A DNA stretch of 43,182 nt from an uncultured Thermofilaceae archaeon (GTDB lineage: Archaea; Thermoproteota; Thermoprotei; Thermofilales; JAPDKD01), in NCBI GenBank assembly GCA_964522715.1, contig CAZFWY010000007.1, forward strand, positions 1-43,182, given 5' to 3'. A program made the translations under genes and the position numbers. Below, one piece after another: positions 1 through 8,523 of the stretch (position 1 is the first letter of the stretch; each line of letters starts with the position of its first letter). The notes under the pieces are model-generated. The model ran no database searches. It worked only from the letters and a program-made list of their open reading frames with translations, and had not been told where the DNA came from.

Positions 1-445
1 GATACGTGGAAAACAGGGGAAAACACTAACTTTCTATTCTAAATGGGACGGTCTCGTTTCTGGGCGAAAACTTTTATCTCCCGTGTTAAGTTGACATAGC
101 CTGAAGAGGCGAGATACTCTTTCATCACATGTATAAAATCATTAGTACCATTAATATGATCACTGTTTCCTCCGGGGAATAGCTGTTTAGGATAGAAATA
201 AGATCGCAGCTGGAATAGCCGCGTTTAAATATGGCGTACTATCTACTTAGGCAGTGTATTGTAGGAGGAGTAAATGAGGAATGTAAAATAATGAACTTAT
301 ATTTCCTAGACCGATTTGAGTTGGAGGGCTTGGGTTGGAGGCTAGAGAGGACGTCAATGAAGCTGTTGCCGAGATTCTCAAACGCGGCAAATATCTTCAT
401 AGGTAACGTCGTTCTAAGTACTAGAGCGGGTTGCCATATTTTTAG

Positions 446-787
446 CTAGATTTTTACTATTTTCTTTACGAAGCGCTTGTACCAGTTTTCGTATTCCTGG
501 AGGGTTACGAAGTGTAGCTCGACTGGGGGGTTGTCCAGCTTCTTTACGACCTCCGCCCTTATCGCTGCTCTTTCCTCTAGAGTGATCTCCGAGGCTACGA
601 CTAGTATGTCGATGTCGCTGGCCGGGGTGGCTTTTCCCTCGACTACCGAGCCGAAGACGTAGACCTCGGCTTCTGGAAGCAGAGCCCTGACTATGCGTTT
701 AACTTCTTTAGCCACTTCTAAGTAGTTGTCCAGGTACTGCTTTACTCTCCTAGCTTCCTTTATGTATACTTCATACCCCCTCGACAA
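446..787 (-). CDS. Minimal nucleotidyltransferase (MNT, Pol-beta fold), partner of the adjacent HEPN protein
   Basis: 113-aa ORF with the NTase signature G-S-x9-D-x-D in FGSVVEGKATPASDIDILVV. Its start overlaps the end of the HEPN ORF by 17 nt (771-787). Confidence 0.85.
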   Translation of the reverse strand: MSRGYEVYIKEARRVKQYLDNYLEVAKEVKRIVRALLPEAEVYVFGSVVEGKATPASDIDILVVASEITLEERAAIRAEVVKKLDNPPVELHFVTLQEYENWYKRFVKKIVKI

Positions 788-1154
788 CGGGCTTAAACAC
801 CTCCTCGACGAAGCGTAGGATTTCCTCTACTTCTTCTCTGCTGTATCTCCTAGGTAGGTAGCGTGACACTATGTAAGCGTCTTCGAGCTTCGTTATGTGT
901 AGTAGGTATTCTTTCATGAGTAATGCTAGTCTCCCGTCCGTAACCTTGCTTAAGAGACTTAGAAGCCTAGTTAGGGAGTGTACTCGAGGGTAGGTACCAG
1001 TTTTAACGAGTAGCTTGTACTTGAGTATTAACTGGCAGTACTGTTCTAGGCAAAATATTGACAGGTCGTACTCGCCCTCCTCGAAAAGCCTCTTCGCATT
1101 CCTAAGAAAAGCTTGAGCGCGTTCCTTCAGTATTTCTGCCTCTTCGAAAGACAT
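771..1154 (-). CDS. HEPN domain protein (MNT-associated type)
   Basis: 127-aa all-helical ORF. Conserved-looking elements are YPRVHSL and AYIVSRYLP, typical of small archaeal HEPN proteins. It is overlap-coupled to the MNT gene. A TATA-like tttaaata lies about 35 nt upstream on the minus strand. Confidence 0.8.
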   Translation of the reverse strand: MSFEEAEILKERAQAFLRNAKRLFEEGEYDLSIFCLEQYCQLILKYKLLVKTGTYPRVHSLTRLLSLLSKVTDGRLALLMKEYLLHITKLEDAYIVSRYLPRRYSREEVEEILRFVEEVFKPVVEGV

Positions 1155-1264
1155 CTTTCCCGCGTAATGAATAGTAAAACAGCTATTTAAACCCCCTATC
1201 TCACGGCAAACGTGGGAGTTATCTCGCCTGGACTCGTATAGCTAGGACTTAAATTTATAAAGGC

Positions 1265-1750
1265 TTGGGGCTGTGGATGGAGAGGTGGTATCTGGTGCCT
1301 AGGTGGCACTTCTCAGTGAGCTTAGACCCTGCGAGGACTGCGATAGCTGCGGGTAGGGACTTGAGGATATCCTATAAGGCGGCGGTGGAGGTGTTGAGGG
1401 AGATCAGGGGGAAGAAGCTGGAGGAGGCGGAGAGAATACTCAACGACGTAATAGAGATGAGGAGGCCGATACCCTACAGGAGGTTCCACGGAAAGGTCGG
1501 CCATAGGAAGGGGGAGGGCTTCGGTCCAGGCCGCTACCCCGTGAAGGCCGCCACGGAGATATTGAAGGTCTTAGAGAACGCTAAGAACAACGCTGAGGTT
1601 AAGGGCCTAGACGTGGATAGGCTGTGGGTCGTCCACGCGGCGGCCCATAAGGGTATGAAGATAAAAAAGTATATGCCTAGGGCTTTCGGTAGAGCTACGC
1701 CGTACTTCAAGGAGCTGGTACACGTGGAGATAGCCTTGGAGGAGAGGTGA
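1265..1750 (+). CDS. rpl22: 50S ribosomal protein L22 (uL22)
   Basis: Matches archaeal uL22 ([46 protein letters not shown]). The ORF opens at TTG 1265, but ATG 1277 or GTG 1295 are more likely starts. A TATA-like aaatttataaa sits at 1251-1261. Confidence 0.93.
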   Translation: MGLWMERWYLVPRWHFSVSLDPARTAIAAGRDLRISYKAAVEVLREIRGKKLEEAERILNDVIEMRRPIPYRRFHGKVGHRKGEGFGPGRYPVKAATEILKVLENAKNNAEVKGLDVDRLWVVHAAAHKGMKIKKYMPRAFGRATPYFKELVHVEIALEER

Positions 1751-1754
1751 TGGC

Positions 1755-2384
1755 ATGACTACGACGGCGAAGTACTTCCTCAAGCAGGGAGTAAAGTACA
1801 TGCAAGTGAACGAGTTCCTAGCCCACAAGCTAGCCAGGGCTGGCTACGTCGGGATGGAGATGTACAGGACGCCTATAGGGACTAGGATAGTGATCTATGC
1901 CGAGAGGCCAGCCATGGTTATAGGGAAGAGGGGTAGGACTATCAAGGCGCTGACCGAGATATTGCAGCAGAAGTTCGGCCTAGAAAACCCGCAGATAGAC
2001 GTCTTAGAGGTACAGGACGCCCAGCTGAACGCCAAGGTCGTAGCCTACCACATAGCTAGAGCCCTCAGAAGGGGTGTCAAGTTCAGGAGGGCGGCTTTCA
2101 TAGCCCTAAGGAGGATTATGGAGGCTGGAGCCTTAGGGGCGGAGATAGTCATAAGCGGCAAGCTGACCTCTGAGCGGGCCCGCTTTGAGAAGTTCACGAT
2201 GGGAACCATACTCAAGTCTGGTGAGCCCGGAGAAGTCCTGGTAGACGAAGCCGTAGCTCATGTTCTACTTAAGCCCGGCATGTACGGGATAAAAGTTAAA
2301 ATTATGAAGCCAGCCGAGATACCCGGCAGGATCAAGATAAAGAGGAAAGAGGAGGGGAGTGAGGTTGGCGCTATTAAGAGTTAG
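1755..2384 (+). CDS. rps3: 30S ribosomal protein S3 (uS3)
   Basis: KH-domain motif VIGKRGRTIKALTE and canonical position after L22. Confidence 0.95.
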   Translation: MTTTAKYFLKQGVKYMQVNEFLAHKLARAGYVGMEMYRTPIGTRIVIYAERPAMVIGKRGRTIKALTEILQQKFGLENPQIDVLEVQDAQLNAKVVAYHIARALRRGVKFRRAAFIALRRIMEAGALGAEIVISGKLTSERARFEKFTMGTILKSGEPGEVLVDEAVAHVLLKPGMYGIKVKIMKPAEIPGRIKIKRKEEGSEVGAIKS

Positions 2385-2589
2385 CGAGATAAGGGCTATG
2401 AGCCGCGAGGAGAGAATGAAGAAACTAGGGGAACTCAGGGCAGAGCTGATAAGGTTAAGGGCCATGGCGGCCAGGGGGACTCTGGACAAGACCAGTTCCC
2501 TCAGGGAGATAAGGAGGGCAATAGCCAGAATACTCACAGTGAACAGGGAGGAGGAGCTGGGGATAAGGCCGTCCAAGACTGGCGAGTAG
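2359..2589 (+). CDS. rpl29: 50S ribosomal protein L29 (uL29)
   Basis: SEIRAMSREERMKKLGELRAELIRLR matches the uL29 N-terminal pattern. Overlaps the rps3 end by 26 nt. The exact start is uncertain (GTG 2359 or TTG 2365). Confidence 0.88.
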   Translation: MRLALLRVSEIRAMSREERMKKLGELRAELIRLRAMAARGTLDKTSSLREIRRAIARILTVNREEELGIRPSKTGE

Positions 2590-2610
2590 GGCCTTTCCGG
2601 GGATAAAGGC

Positions 2611-2892
2611 GTGAAGATAACGCCTAAAAACATTCTGAGGCACGAGCTAATAGGACTACCGGTAGAAGTACACAGGAGTAAGAATAAGTACCTCGAAGGC
2701 ATTAAAGGGGTAGTCGTAGACGAAACTATGAAGATGCTAGTCATTGAGACGGAGCGCGGCAGAAAAATGGTTCAAAAATCAGTCTGCGACTTCATATTCA
2801 CACTCCCCGATGGCACGAAGGTACTAGTAGAGGGTAGGTACCTCGTCGGCAGGCCCGAGGACAGGCTCAAAAAGAAGATAAGAACCTGGTGA
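2611..2892 (+). CDS. rnp1: RNase P protein component 1 (Rpp29/Pop4)
   Basis: HELIGLPVEVHRSKN...GIKGVVVDETMKMLVIET...GRPEDRLKK is the Rpp29 signature. Canonical archaeal position between L29 and S17. GTG start. Confidence 0.9.
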   Translation: MKITPKNILRHELIGLPVEVHRSKNKYLEGIKGVVVDETMKMLVIETERGRKMVQKSVCDFIFTLPDGTKVLVEGRYLVGRPEDRLKKKIRTW

Positions 2893-3032
2893 ACGGGGAA
2901 ACTAAAAAGAGTATCTCCTCCTAACCCCGGAAGGCTACGATAAGTCGCTCAGTGCTCTCCTCGATTCTATGCGGTCTCAGGAGCCGCGAAGGGGTTATGC
3001 GACCGAGAAGCTTATTTACCCTTTCGTTATCT

Positions 3033-3389
3033 ATGCGAGAGGCGGTTGTCTTGGGTAAGGCGAGGAACATAGGTATACCGTGGATAAAGCCGCCGGAGAG
3101 GACGTGTAACGACCCGCTGTGCCCATGGCACGGGAAATTGCCAGTGAGGGGTATGCTAATGGAGGTTAGGGTGGAGAAGGTTAAAGCCCACAAGATGGCT
3201 GTCGTTGTACACGACTATCTTCACTACGTCCCCAAGTACATGAGGTACGAAAGGAGGAGGAAGAAGAAGCACGCTCGCCTCCCGCCCTGCATAGACGTCA
3301 AGCCGGGGGACATAGTGATTATAGGGGAGACCCGCCCTCTCGCGAAGTCAGTGTCGTTCGTAGTCTTGGGCAAGGTAGAGAAAAAGTAG
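3033..3389 (+). CDS. rps17: 30S ribosomal protein S17 (uS17)
   Basis: CNDPLCPWHGKLPVRG...VKPGDIVIIGETRPLAKSVSF is typical of archaeal uS17. The ORF opens at 2952, but ATG 3033 gives the expected length of about 118 aa. Confidence 0.9.
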   Translation: MREAVVLGKARNIGIPWIKPPERTCNDPLCPWHGKLPVRGMLMEVRVEKVKAHKMAVVVHDYLHYVPKYMRYERRRKKKHARLPPCIDVKPGDIVIIGETRPLAKSVSFVVLGKVEKK

Positions 3390-3401
3390 GGGGTGTAGGG
3401 C

Positions 3402-3827
3402 GTGGCGAAGAGAGGGCCAAGAGCTGTAGGTGTCTCATACAGGCTTCACATAACCCCCGGAGTTTTCATGGAGAGTCTCGTTAAGGTAGCCGATAATTCT
3501 GGAGCTACTCTAGCCAAGGTTATAGGGGTTATTCACATGAAGACTGTGTGGCGCCGGATACCCGGGGCCGCCGTGGGGGACATAGTGGTGGTATCAATTA
3601 GGGCTGGTAAACCGGAGCTGAGAAAGCAGATCATGAGGGGTATAGTGATCAGGCAGCGCAGACCCTACAGGAGGCCGGACGGGACTTGGATAGCCTTTGA
3701 GGACAACGCCATAGCCTTGATAACCCCCGACGGAGACCCGAAGGGGACGGAGATAAGAGGCCCTCTAGCCAAGGAAGCCGCCGAGAGGTGGCCTAGACTC
3801 GCCGCCATGGCGTCGATAATAGTGTAA
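3402..3827 (+). CDS. rpl14: 50S ribosomal protein L14 (uL14)
   Basis: VKVADNSGA motif, the archaeal N-terminal extension, and GTG start. Confidence 0.95.
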   Translation: MAKRGPRAVGVSYRLHITPGVFMESLVKVADNSGATLAKVIGVIHMKTVWRRIPGAAVGDIVVVSIRAGKPELRKQIMRGIVIRQRRPYRRPDGTWIAFEDNAIALITPDGDPKGTEIRGPLAKEAAERWPRLAAMASIIV

Positions 3828-3830
3828 GGC

Positions 3831-4508
3831 ATGCTAGACATAAAGAAAAACCTACTCTACAGGTTACTGGCGGAGCGGGGGAGGGAAGGAGTAACCATAG
3901 AGGAGGCCTCTAAGATCGCCGCGCTCACAGAAGATATAGTCAAGGAGTTCTTAGAGGGGAAGAGAGGAGTAGCGGTAGAGGGAGAGGTAATCAGGCTAGT
4001 AGACACAGCCCGCTTCCTTCTGGAAGCCTGGTTAGACGGGGTAGACGTAATAAACGTGGCCCTAGCCGCTGGCTGGAGGGAGTTCGAGGACTTCGTAGCA
4101 GTAGTACTCTCAGAGTTCGGCTACGAGGTAAGGAGGAACGTAACCTTCAAGGAAGGGGGTAGGCGGCACCAGATAGACGTGTTAGCCGCCTCAAAACCCA
4201 CACTACTAGTAATAGACTGTAAAAGGTGGTCTAGAGCCAGAACCTACCACCTAAAACAGGCAGCCCTAGCACAAGCCGCCAGGACGGAAGCCCTACTGAG
4301 AGCCCGACCCGCAGAACTAAGAAACCTAACCTCTGGCTGGGAGAGAGGCGAAGCAGTACCAGTCATAGTCTCAGTCCTACCCGGAACAGTCAGGATATAC
4401 GAGGGGATACCCATAGTACCGTTAAGGCTCTTCCCACCCTTCCTCAAAGAACTACCCGCATGCTCAACAGAAGTGCTAACCTACGACATTAACCTTAAAA
4501 GCCGATAA
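3831..4508 (+). CDS. Winged-HTH plus PD-(D/E)xK (Mrr/NERD-like) nuclease-fold protein
   Basis: 225 aa. The N-terminal half looks wHTH-like. The C-terminal half carries E...D...DxK: FGYEV, HQIDVLAA, LLVIDCKRW. It starts 3 nt after the rpl14 stop. Confidence 0.6.
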   Translation: MLDIKKNLLYRLLAERGREGVTIEEASKIAALTEDIVKEFLEGKRGVAVEGEVIRLVDTARFLLEAWLDGVDVINVALAAGWREFEDFVAVVLSEFGYEVRRNVTFKEGGRRHQIDVLAASKPTLLVIDCKRWSRARTYHLKQAALAQAARTEALLRARPAELRNLTSGWERGEAVPVIVSVLPGTVRIYEGIPIVPLRLFPPFLKELPACSTEVLTYDINLKSR

Positions 4509-4526
4509 CCCTTATTCTTAAGGAGA

Positions 4527-4615
4527 GCCCCGGTAGCTCAGCGGTAGAGCGGCGGCCTTGTATGTAGACCCCAGAGAGCCGTAGGTCGCGGGTTCGAATC
4601 CCGCCCGGGGCTCCA
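4527..4615 (+). tRNA. tRNA-Thr(UGU) with a 14-nt intron at 37/38 (4563-4576); CCA encoded
   Basis: Manual cloverleaf: acceptor GCCCCGG/CCGGGGC, D arm GCUC-AGCGGUA-GAGC, anticodon stem GCGGC/GCCGU, loop CUUGUA|A, T arm GCGGG-UUCGAAU-CCCGC. The bulge-helix-bulge is imperfect (3 of 4 central pairs). Confidence 0.82.
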
Positions 4616-4943
4616 ATTCTCACTATTTAGTTAACCTTAAAATTACATGAGAATGTTAAAGTAAAGGCGCAGAACTCTTAACTTAAGTATAAGAACGCTT
4701 GAGAAGCTTAAGAAGGAGTTAGGAGAGGTTAAGTGTGTCATGAACTTGAATAAGGAAGATTATAGAATTCTTAAGAGGAGAGTTGCACATTACAGGAAGG
4801 CCAAAGCTTTGAGGAACACATGCGATTCTCACGAAGCACGCACCTGTACCAGGGGGTACGGCCTAGAGGTCTGTTAGGGGGGATCGTGATAATTATCTGG
4901 TAATTATCCTCTAGTTGAGTATTTGCAGCGAGAGGTTTATCGG

Positions 4944-5933
4944 TCATTTACTCTTCCCATACTTTTCCCTAATATAGTTTATAATGTCTTTCCTGTATAT
5001 CATTAATACTCGGGCGGCTGCCGCCTTCTTGTGTCCCCCGCCGCTCCCCTCGAACTTCCTGGCTATTTCTCTGATGGCTTTGTTTGCGTTAAAATCTACG
5101 TTCGGGGGTACCCTGCAGGTCACTACTAATTCCTCGTAGCCGGCCCTTAGAAGGAGAAAGCAGACCTTACCCGTCTCCTCGGCTATCTGTGCGGCTAGCC
5201 TGCCGGAGAACCCTCTAAGCTTCACCCCCACCATGTCGACCACTATTATCTCATCCGACGAGTAGACTACCCTCTCCTTTGACCTCTCGCATATCCGGGC
5301 GAATATCTCTGCGGCCCTCTCAGCTCTCATAGTCACCTCGTCGTCTAGGAACTTCTGAGAATAGGCCCACATCTTGACAAGCTTAAGCTTGAACTCCTCG
5401 TCGAGGGCGTCGAATTCTATGGCTAGGGAGAGGGTTTCGAATATGTTAGCAAGCCTAGAGTCTCTCAGGACTATGGCTCTGTCGCCAGCCTCCCCTATCA
5501 TTAACAACTCGTTGAAGAACTGGGGCTTCGTGGTGTGTCTGAGGAATTTCTCCCTAACTATGGGCGCCACGGCTGGCGTCAGCTCGACTAGTACCTCCAC
5601 TCCTAGGCTCTTCAGCTCTTCTCTAACCTCGAAGGTCGATGGGTGGTGGTCTACCCACATAACTTTGACCCCGTAGTCCTTCAGGCTCCTCACTCTGCCC
5701 TTAACGGCTGCCCAGGTGGCTTCGTCGACCGCTACGTCCACTATTACGAGTAGCTCGGTATCTATGGGCGGAACCCTATAGACGACTTCCGCGAGGCTGT
5801 GCGGGTGGGCCAGCATGACTCTGACGGTCTTCCCCTTATTCGTGAGTACGTTGAGGATTGTAGCTGCCGAGGTTAACCCGTCGAGGTCTCCATGGGCTAT
5901 CACGTAGCTATCCACGTGTTGCGGTCTCCGCAA
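4944..5933 (-). CDS. DHH/DHHA1 family phosphoesterase (NrnA/RecJ-like)
   Basis: 329 aa with motifs AHGDLDGLTSAA (DxD), VDHH (DHH) and GGGHKKAAA (DHHA1 GGGH). Confidence 0.85.
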   Translation of the reverse strand: MRRPQHVDSYVIAHGDLDGLTSAATILNVLTNKGKTVRVMLAHPHSLAEVVYRVPPIDTELLVIVDVAVDEATWAAVKGRVRSLKDYGVKVMWVDHHPSTFEVREELKSLGVEVLVELTPAVAPIVREKFLRHTTKPQFFNELLMIGEAGDRAIVLRDSRLANIFETLSLAIEFDALDEEFKLKLVKMWAYSQKFLDDEVTMRAERAAEIFARICERSKERVVYSSDEIIVVDMVGVKLRGFSGRLAAQIAEETGKVCFLLLRAGYEELVVTCRVPPNVDFNANKAIREIARKFEGSGGGHKKAAAARVLMIYRKDIINYIREKYGKSK

Positions 5934-6573
5934 CGCTCCTATACACCCTCTCTATTCTTTCATTCATCTCAGGGGCAATACACCTACCCAAGTCAACCGA
6001 GAACTTGAGTATCGGGAACAGGGCGATCGGCCTGCTGTCCAATCTATGGCTCAGCTCCGTCGCCATGGCCTTATTCTCCTCCCACGTCTTAGTGAACACG
6101 ACCACCCTGGCCCGCCCCTTCAACAAGTAGCGCGACTCATATACCTCGACTTCGACGTAACCTACATACTCCCTACCCTTATATATTGGGCGCCTAGCCA
6201 CCAACCTGTTGTTCGAAACGTCAGTAACCCACCCCCTACTCCCCAGACTCTTCCTCAAGCTCTCAACAGAGAGTTCGCGTCCGAACTCGGGTAAGACCCT
6301 GACCAACACGGGCATTATCTCCTCCTCCATGTCCTCTACCGAGTCGAAGGCGCGGGGGGCTGGCATCCAAAGCTCAACCTTCTTCGTCTTCTCGTCGTAG
6401 CTCCACTCAGCCGGTAACCCCAAGCTCTCCTTGATTATCTCGGCATCCAGAGGGCTGAGGGGGCTGACCGCTATACACCTAAGCAGAACTCTCTTACCCT
6501 CACGCCTATACCTGAACTCGACACTCCAATCCTCGACTATGTACCTTTTAACCCTCTCCCTCAAAATTGCCAC
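5908..6573 (-). CDS. Hypothetical protein (no motif recognised)
   Basis: 221-aa ORF with normal composition. Its end overlaps the DHH start by 26 nt, and it begins 55 nt after the topA stop. Confidence 0.6.
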   Translation of the reverse strand: MAILRERVKRYIVEDWSVEFRYRREGKRVLLRCIAVSPLSPLDAEIIKESLGLPAEWSYDEKTKKVELWMPAPRAFDSVEDMEEEIMPVLVRVLPEFGRELSVESLRKSLGSRGWVTDVSNNRLVARRPIYKGREYVGYVEVEVYESRYLLKGRARVVVFTKTWEENKAMATELSHRLDSRPIALFPILKFSVDLGRCIAPEMNERIERVYRSVAETATRG

Positions 6574-6628
6574 AGGCTAATATAGTAGAGGACGGTCTAA
6601 TAACTTAACTTCTAGAAATATGTCAACG

Positions 6629-8521
6629 TTACCTGCGCCTTCTCCTCCTAGACCTTCTCCTACGGGTGGGCTTCTCCCTCTCCCTCTCGAAAACCTCGTC
6701 TATGGCCTTAACCAGGCGCTCCGCTAAGACGTCCTTCCTCTCCATGAGCCTGTCGTAGTACTCGAGGAACTTCTCCTTCATCTCCATTACCACCTCCCTC
6801 GGGTGCTTTTCACCCTCGGCTATGCGGGCCAGTTCTTTCTCCATGTTCCCCCTAACCTCGGGCGAGACTATCTCAGGGACTGTCTCGTAGAGAGTCAGGG
6901 CCAGGGCTCGGCCCAGGGGGGTCGGTATACACCTCTTATTCCTCACCACGAAGTACTTCCTCTTTATGTTCGTATGTATGTGGTCTTGCATGGTAGCATC
7001 CGTGCCTATGCCGTACTTCTTCATAAGCCTCAGTAACTCGGACTCGGAGAGGTAAGGCGGGGGCTTAGTCTCCTTCTCCACGACCACGACCTTCAAGACC
7101 TCAACCACGTCCCCCTCGACCAGGTAGGGGAGCGGGCTCTCCTTAGGCCTCTCGAAGGGGTAGACGAAGTAGAAGCCCTCATCCACCACTTTCAACCCCT
7201 TAGCCACGAAGGGCACGCCTTCAATGCTCACCTTGACCTCCTGGTTCTCGTGGACTGCATTAGAGGACAGAGTGGCTAAGAAGTGCCTGACGACCAGGTC
7301 GTAGAGCCGCCACCCCTTCTCCCCGAACTTCCTCTTAACGTACTCCTCACTCGCGTATCTCGTCGGGTATATCGGCGGGTGTGCCCTGTCATCTTCATTG
7401 CCAGCGGTGGGGGATAGTCTGCGCTTAGTCAGTATCTCTCTCCTAACGTATCTCCCTAGCTCTGGGTGGTCTGCGAACATCGAAGCTATAGCCCTAAGGT
7501 CCAGGGTCGGGGGGTAAATGTTAGTGTCAGTCCTAGGGTATGAGATGAGCCCCTCTTGGTATAAGTCCTCTGCTATCGACAAGGTCTCCTTAGGCCTTAC
7601 GTTCAGGAACCTGCTAGCCCTACGTTCAAGCTCGACAGTCGTCAGGGGTACGGGGGGTCTAACTTCCTTGTGCCTGTAGTCCGCCGACTTTACCATTCCC
7701 TTCTTAGCCCTTGAGAGCTTGGCAACCAACTCTTCGGCCTTCTCTTTCTTGTCAAAGGGGCCTCCGGCGTACGTAGCCTTGAACTCCTGTCCCTCAGCCC
7801 TCAGTAATGCCTCAACCACGTAGTACTTCTTTTTCTTGAAGTTCTCCCTCTCAACTGCTCTTTGAACAACTAAGAAGAGGACGGGGGTTTGACAGGGCCC
7901 GTAACTGAGGAACCTCCCCCTAGGAAGCCTCGCACCCTTCCTTCTCACCAAGAGAGTTATAGCTCGGGTGAAGGCCGCTCCTATCGTCAGATCGACCATC
8001 ATTCTGGCGAAAGCCTTGTTAGCCAGGTTTGGGTTAGGGTCTCTAGGTCTCTCAAGAGCCCTCCTGATGTCCGTAGGTGTAACCGCGTTGAACCACACCC
8101 TTTCGAAGCGGAGGATCGGGTTGACTCTCCTGAGAATCGACATGGCCTCGAAGGCTATGCTCTCCCCCTCCACGTCCGCGTCTGGGGCGAGTATTATCCT
8201 CCTAGCCCTACGACCTAACTCCCTCAACGCACTGGCGTAACGCCTGGCCTCCCTCCTCAATACTCTGACAGGCTCCGTGAAGAAGAGGTCTCTGGGATCC
8301 ACAGCCTCCCACTTGCTGTATTCCCGCGGGAAATCGAAGTCCATGAGGTGCCCTCGAAGCCCTATCGAGACCCAGCGCTCACCTCTCCTCCTGAATATGT
8401 AAACCTTAGCCCCCTTAATCCTCAGCTCTTTATACCCGTCCTCGGACAGATACTCCGCGAAAGCCCTCGCGACTCCGGGCTTCTCGGCTACCACTAATAC
8501 GTCTATCCTACCCGAGATCAT
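6629..8521 (-). CDS. topA: DNA topoisomerase, type IA (Topo I/III-like)
   Basis: 630 aa with a Toprim DxDxEGE (APDADVEGESIAFE) and the active-site tyrosine context ISYPRTDT. There is no C-terminal Cys-rich zinc finger. The protein ends in RRRRSRRRRRR. Confidence 0.93.
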   Translation of the reverse strand: MISGRIDVLVVAEKPGVARAFAEYLSEDGYKELRIKGAKVYIFRRRGERWVSIGLRGHLMDFDFPREYSKWEAVDPRDLFFTEPVRVLRREARRYASALRELGRRARRIILAPDADVEGESIAFEAMSILRRVNPILRFERVWFNAVTPTDIRRALERPRDPNPNLANKAFARMMVDLTIGAAFTRAITLLVRRKGARLPRGRFLSYGPCQTPVLFLVVQRAVERENFKKKKYYVVEALLRAEGQEFKATYAGGPFDKKEKAEELVAKLSRAKKGMVKSADYRHKEVRPPVPLTTVELERRASRFLNVRPKETLSIAEDLYQEGLISYPRTDTNIYPPTLDLRAIASMFADHPELGRYVRREILTKRRLSPTAGNEDDRAHPPIYPTRYASEEYVKRKFGEKGWRLYDLVVRHFLATLSSNAVHENQEVKVSIEGVPFVAKGLKVVDEGFYFVYPFERPKESPLPYLVEGDVVEVLKVVVVEKETKPPPYLSESELLRLMKKYGIGTDATMQDHIHTNIKRKYFVVRNKRCIPTPLGRALALTLYETVPEIVSPEVRGNMEKELARIAEGEKHPREVVMEMKEKFLEYYDRLMERKDVLAERLVKAIDEVFEREREKPTRRRRSRRRRRR

Positions 8522-8523
8522 TC

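Noticed and set aside
1-449. 72-aa plus-strand ORF (231-449), and a protein-like minus-strand stretch (..QLFPGGNSDHINGTNDFIHVMKEYLASSGYVNLTREIKVFAQKRDRPI*) near the window start
   Set aside because: The plus-strand ORF has no motif and odd composition. The minus-strand stretch has no start codon and is closed by an upstream stop, so at most it is a gene relic. Evidence is insufficient to call either.
4616-4943. AT-rich tRNA-Thr 3' flank as an integration site, with a 45-aa ORF (4740-4877, MNLNKEDYRILKRRVAHYRKAKALRN...)
   Set aside because: There is no repeat of the tRNA 3' end, no integrase, and no recognisable element genes. The ORF is below a confident size and has no motif.
6629-6665. Poly-arginine tail of the topoisomerase as a separate feature or frameshift artefact
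   Set aside because: It is in frame and contiguous with the ORF. It is most simply a basic nucleic-acid-binding tail, and it is noted within the operon finding rather than as its own signal.
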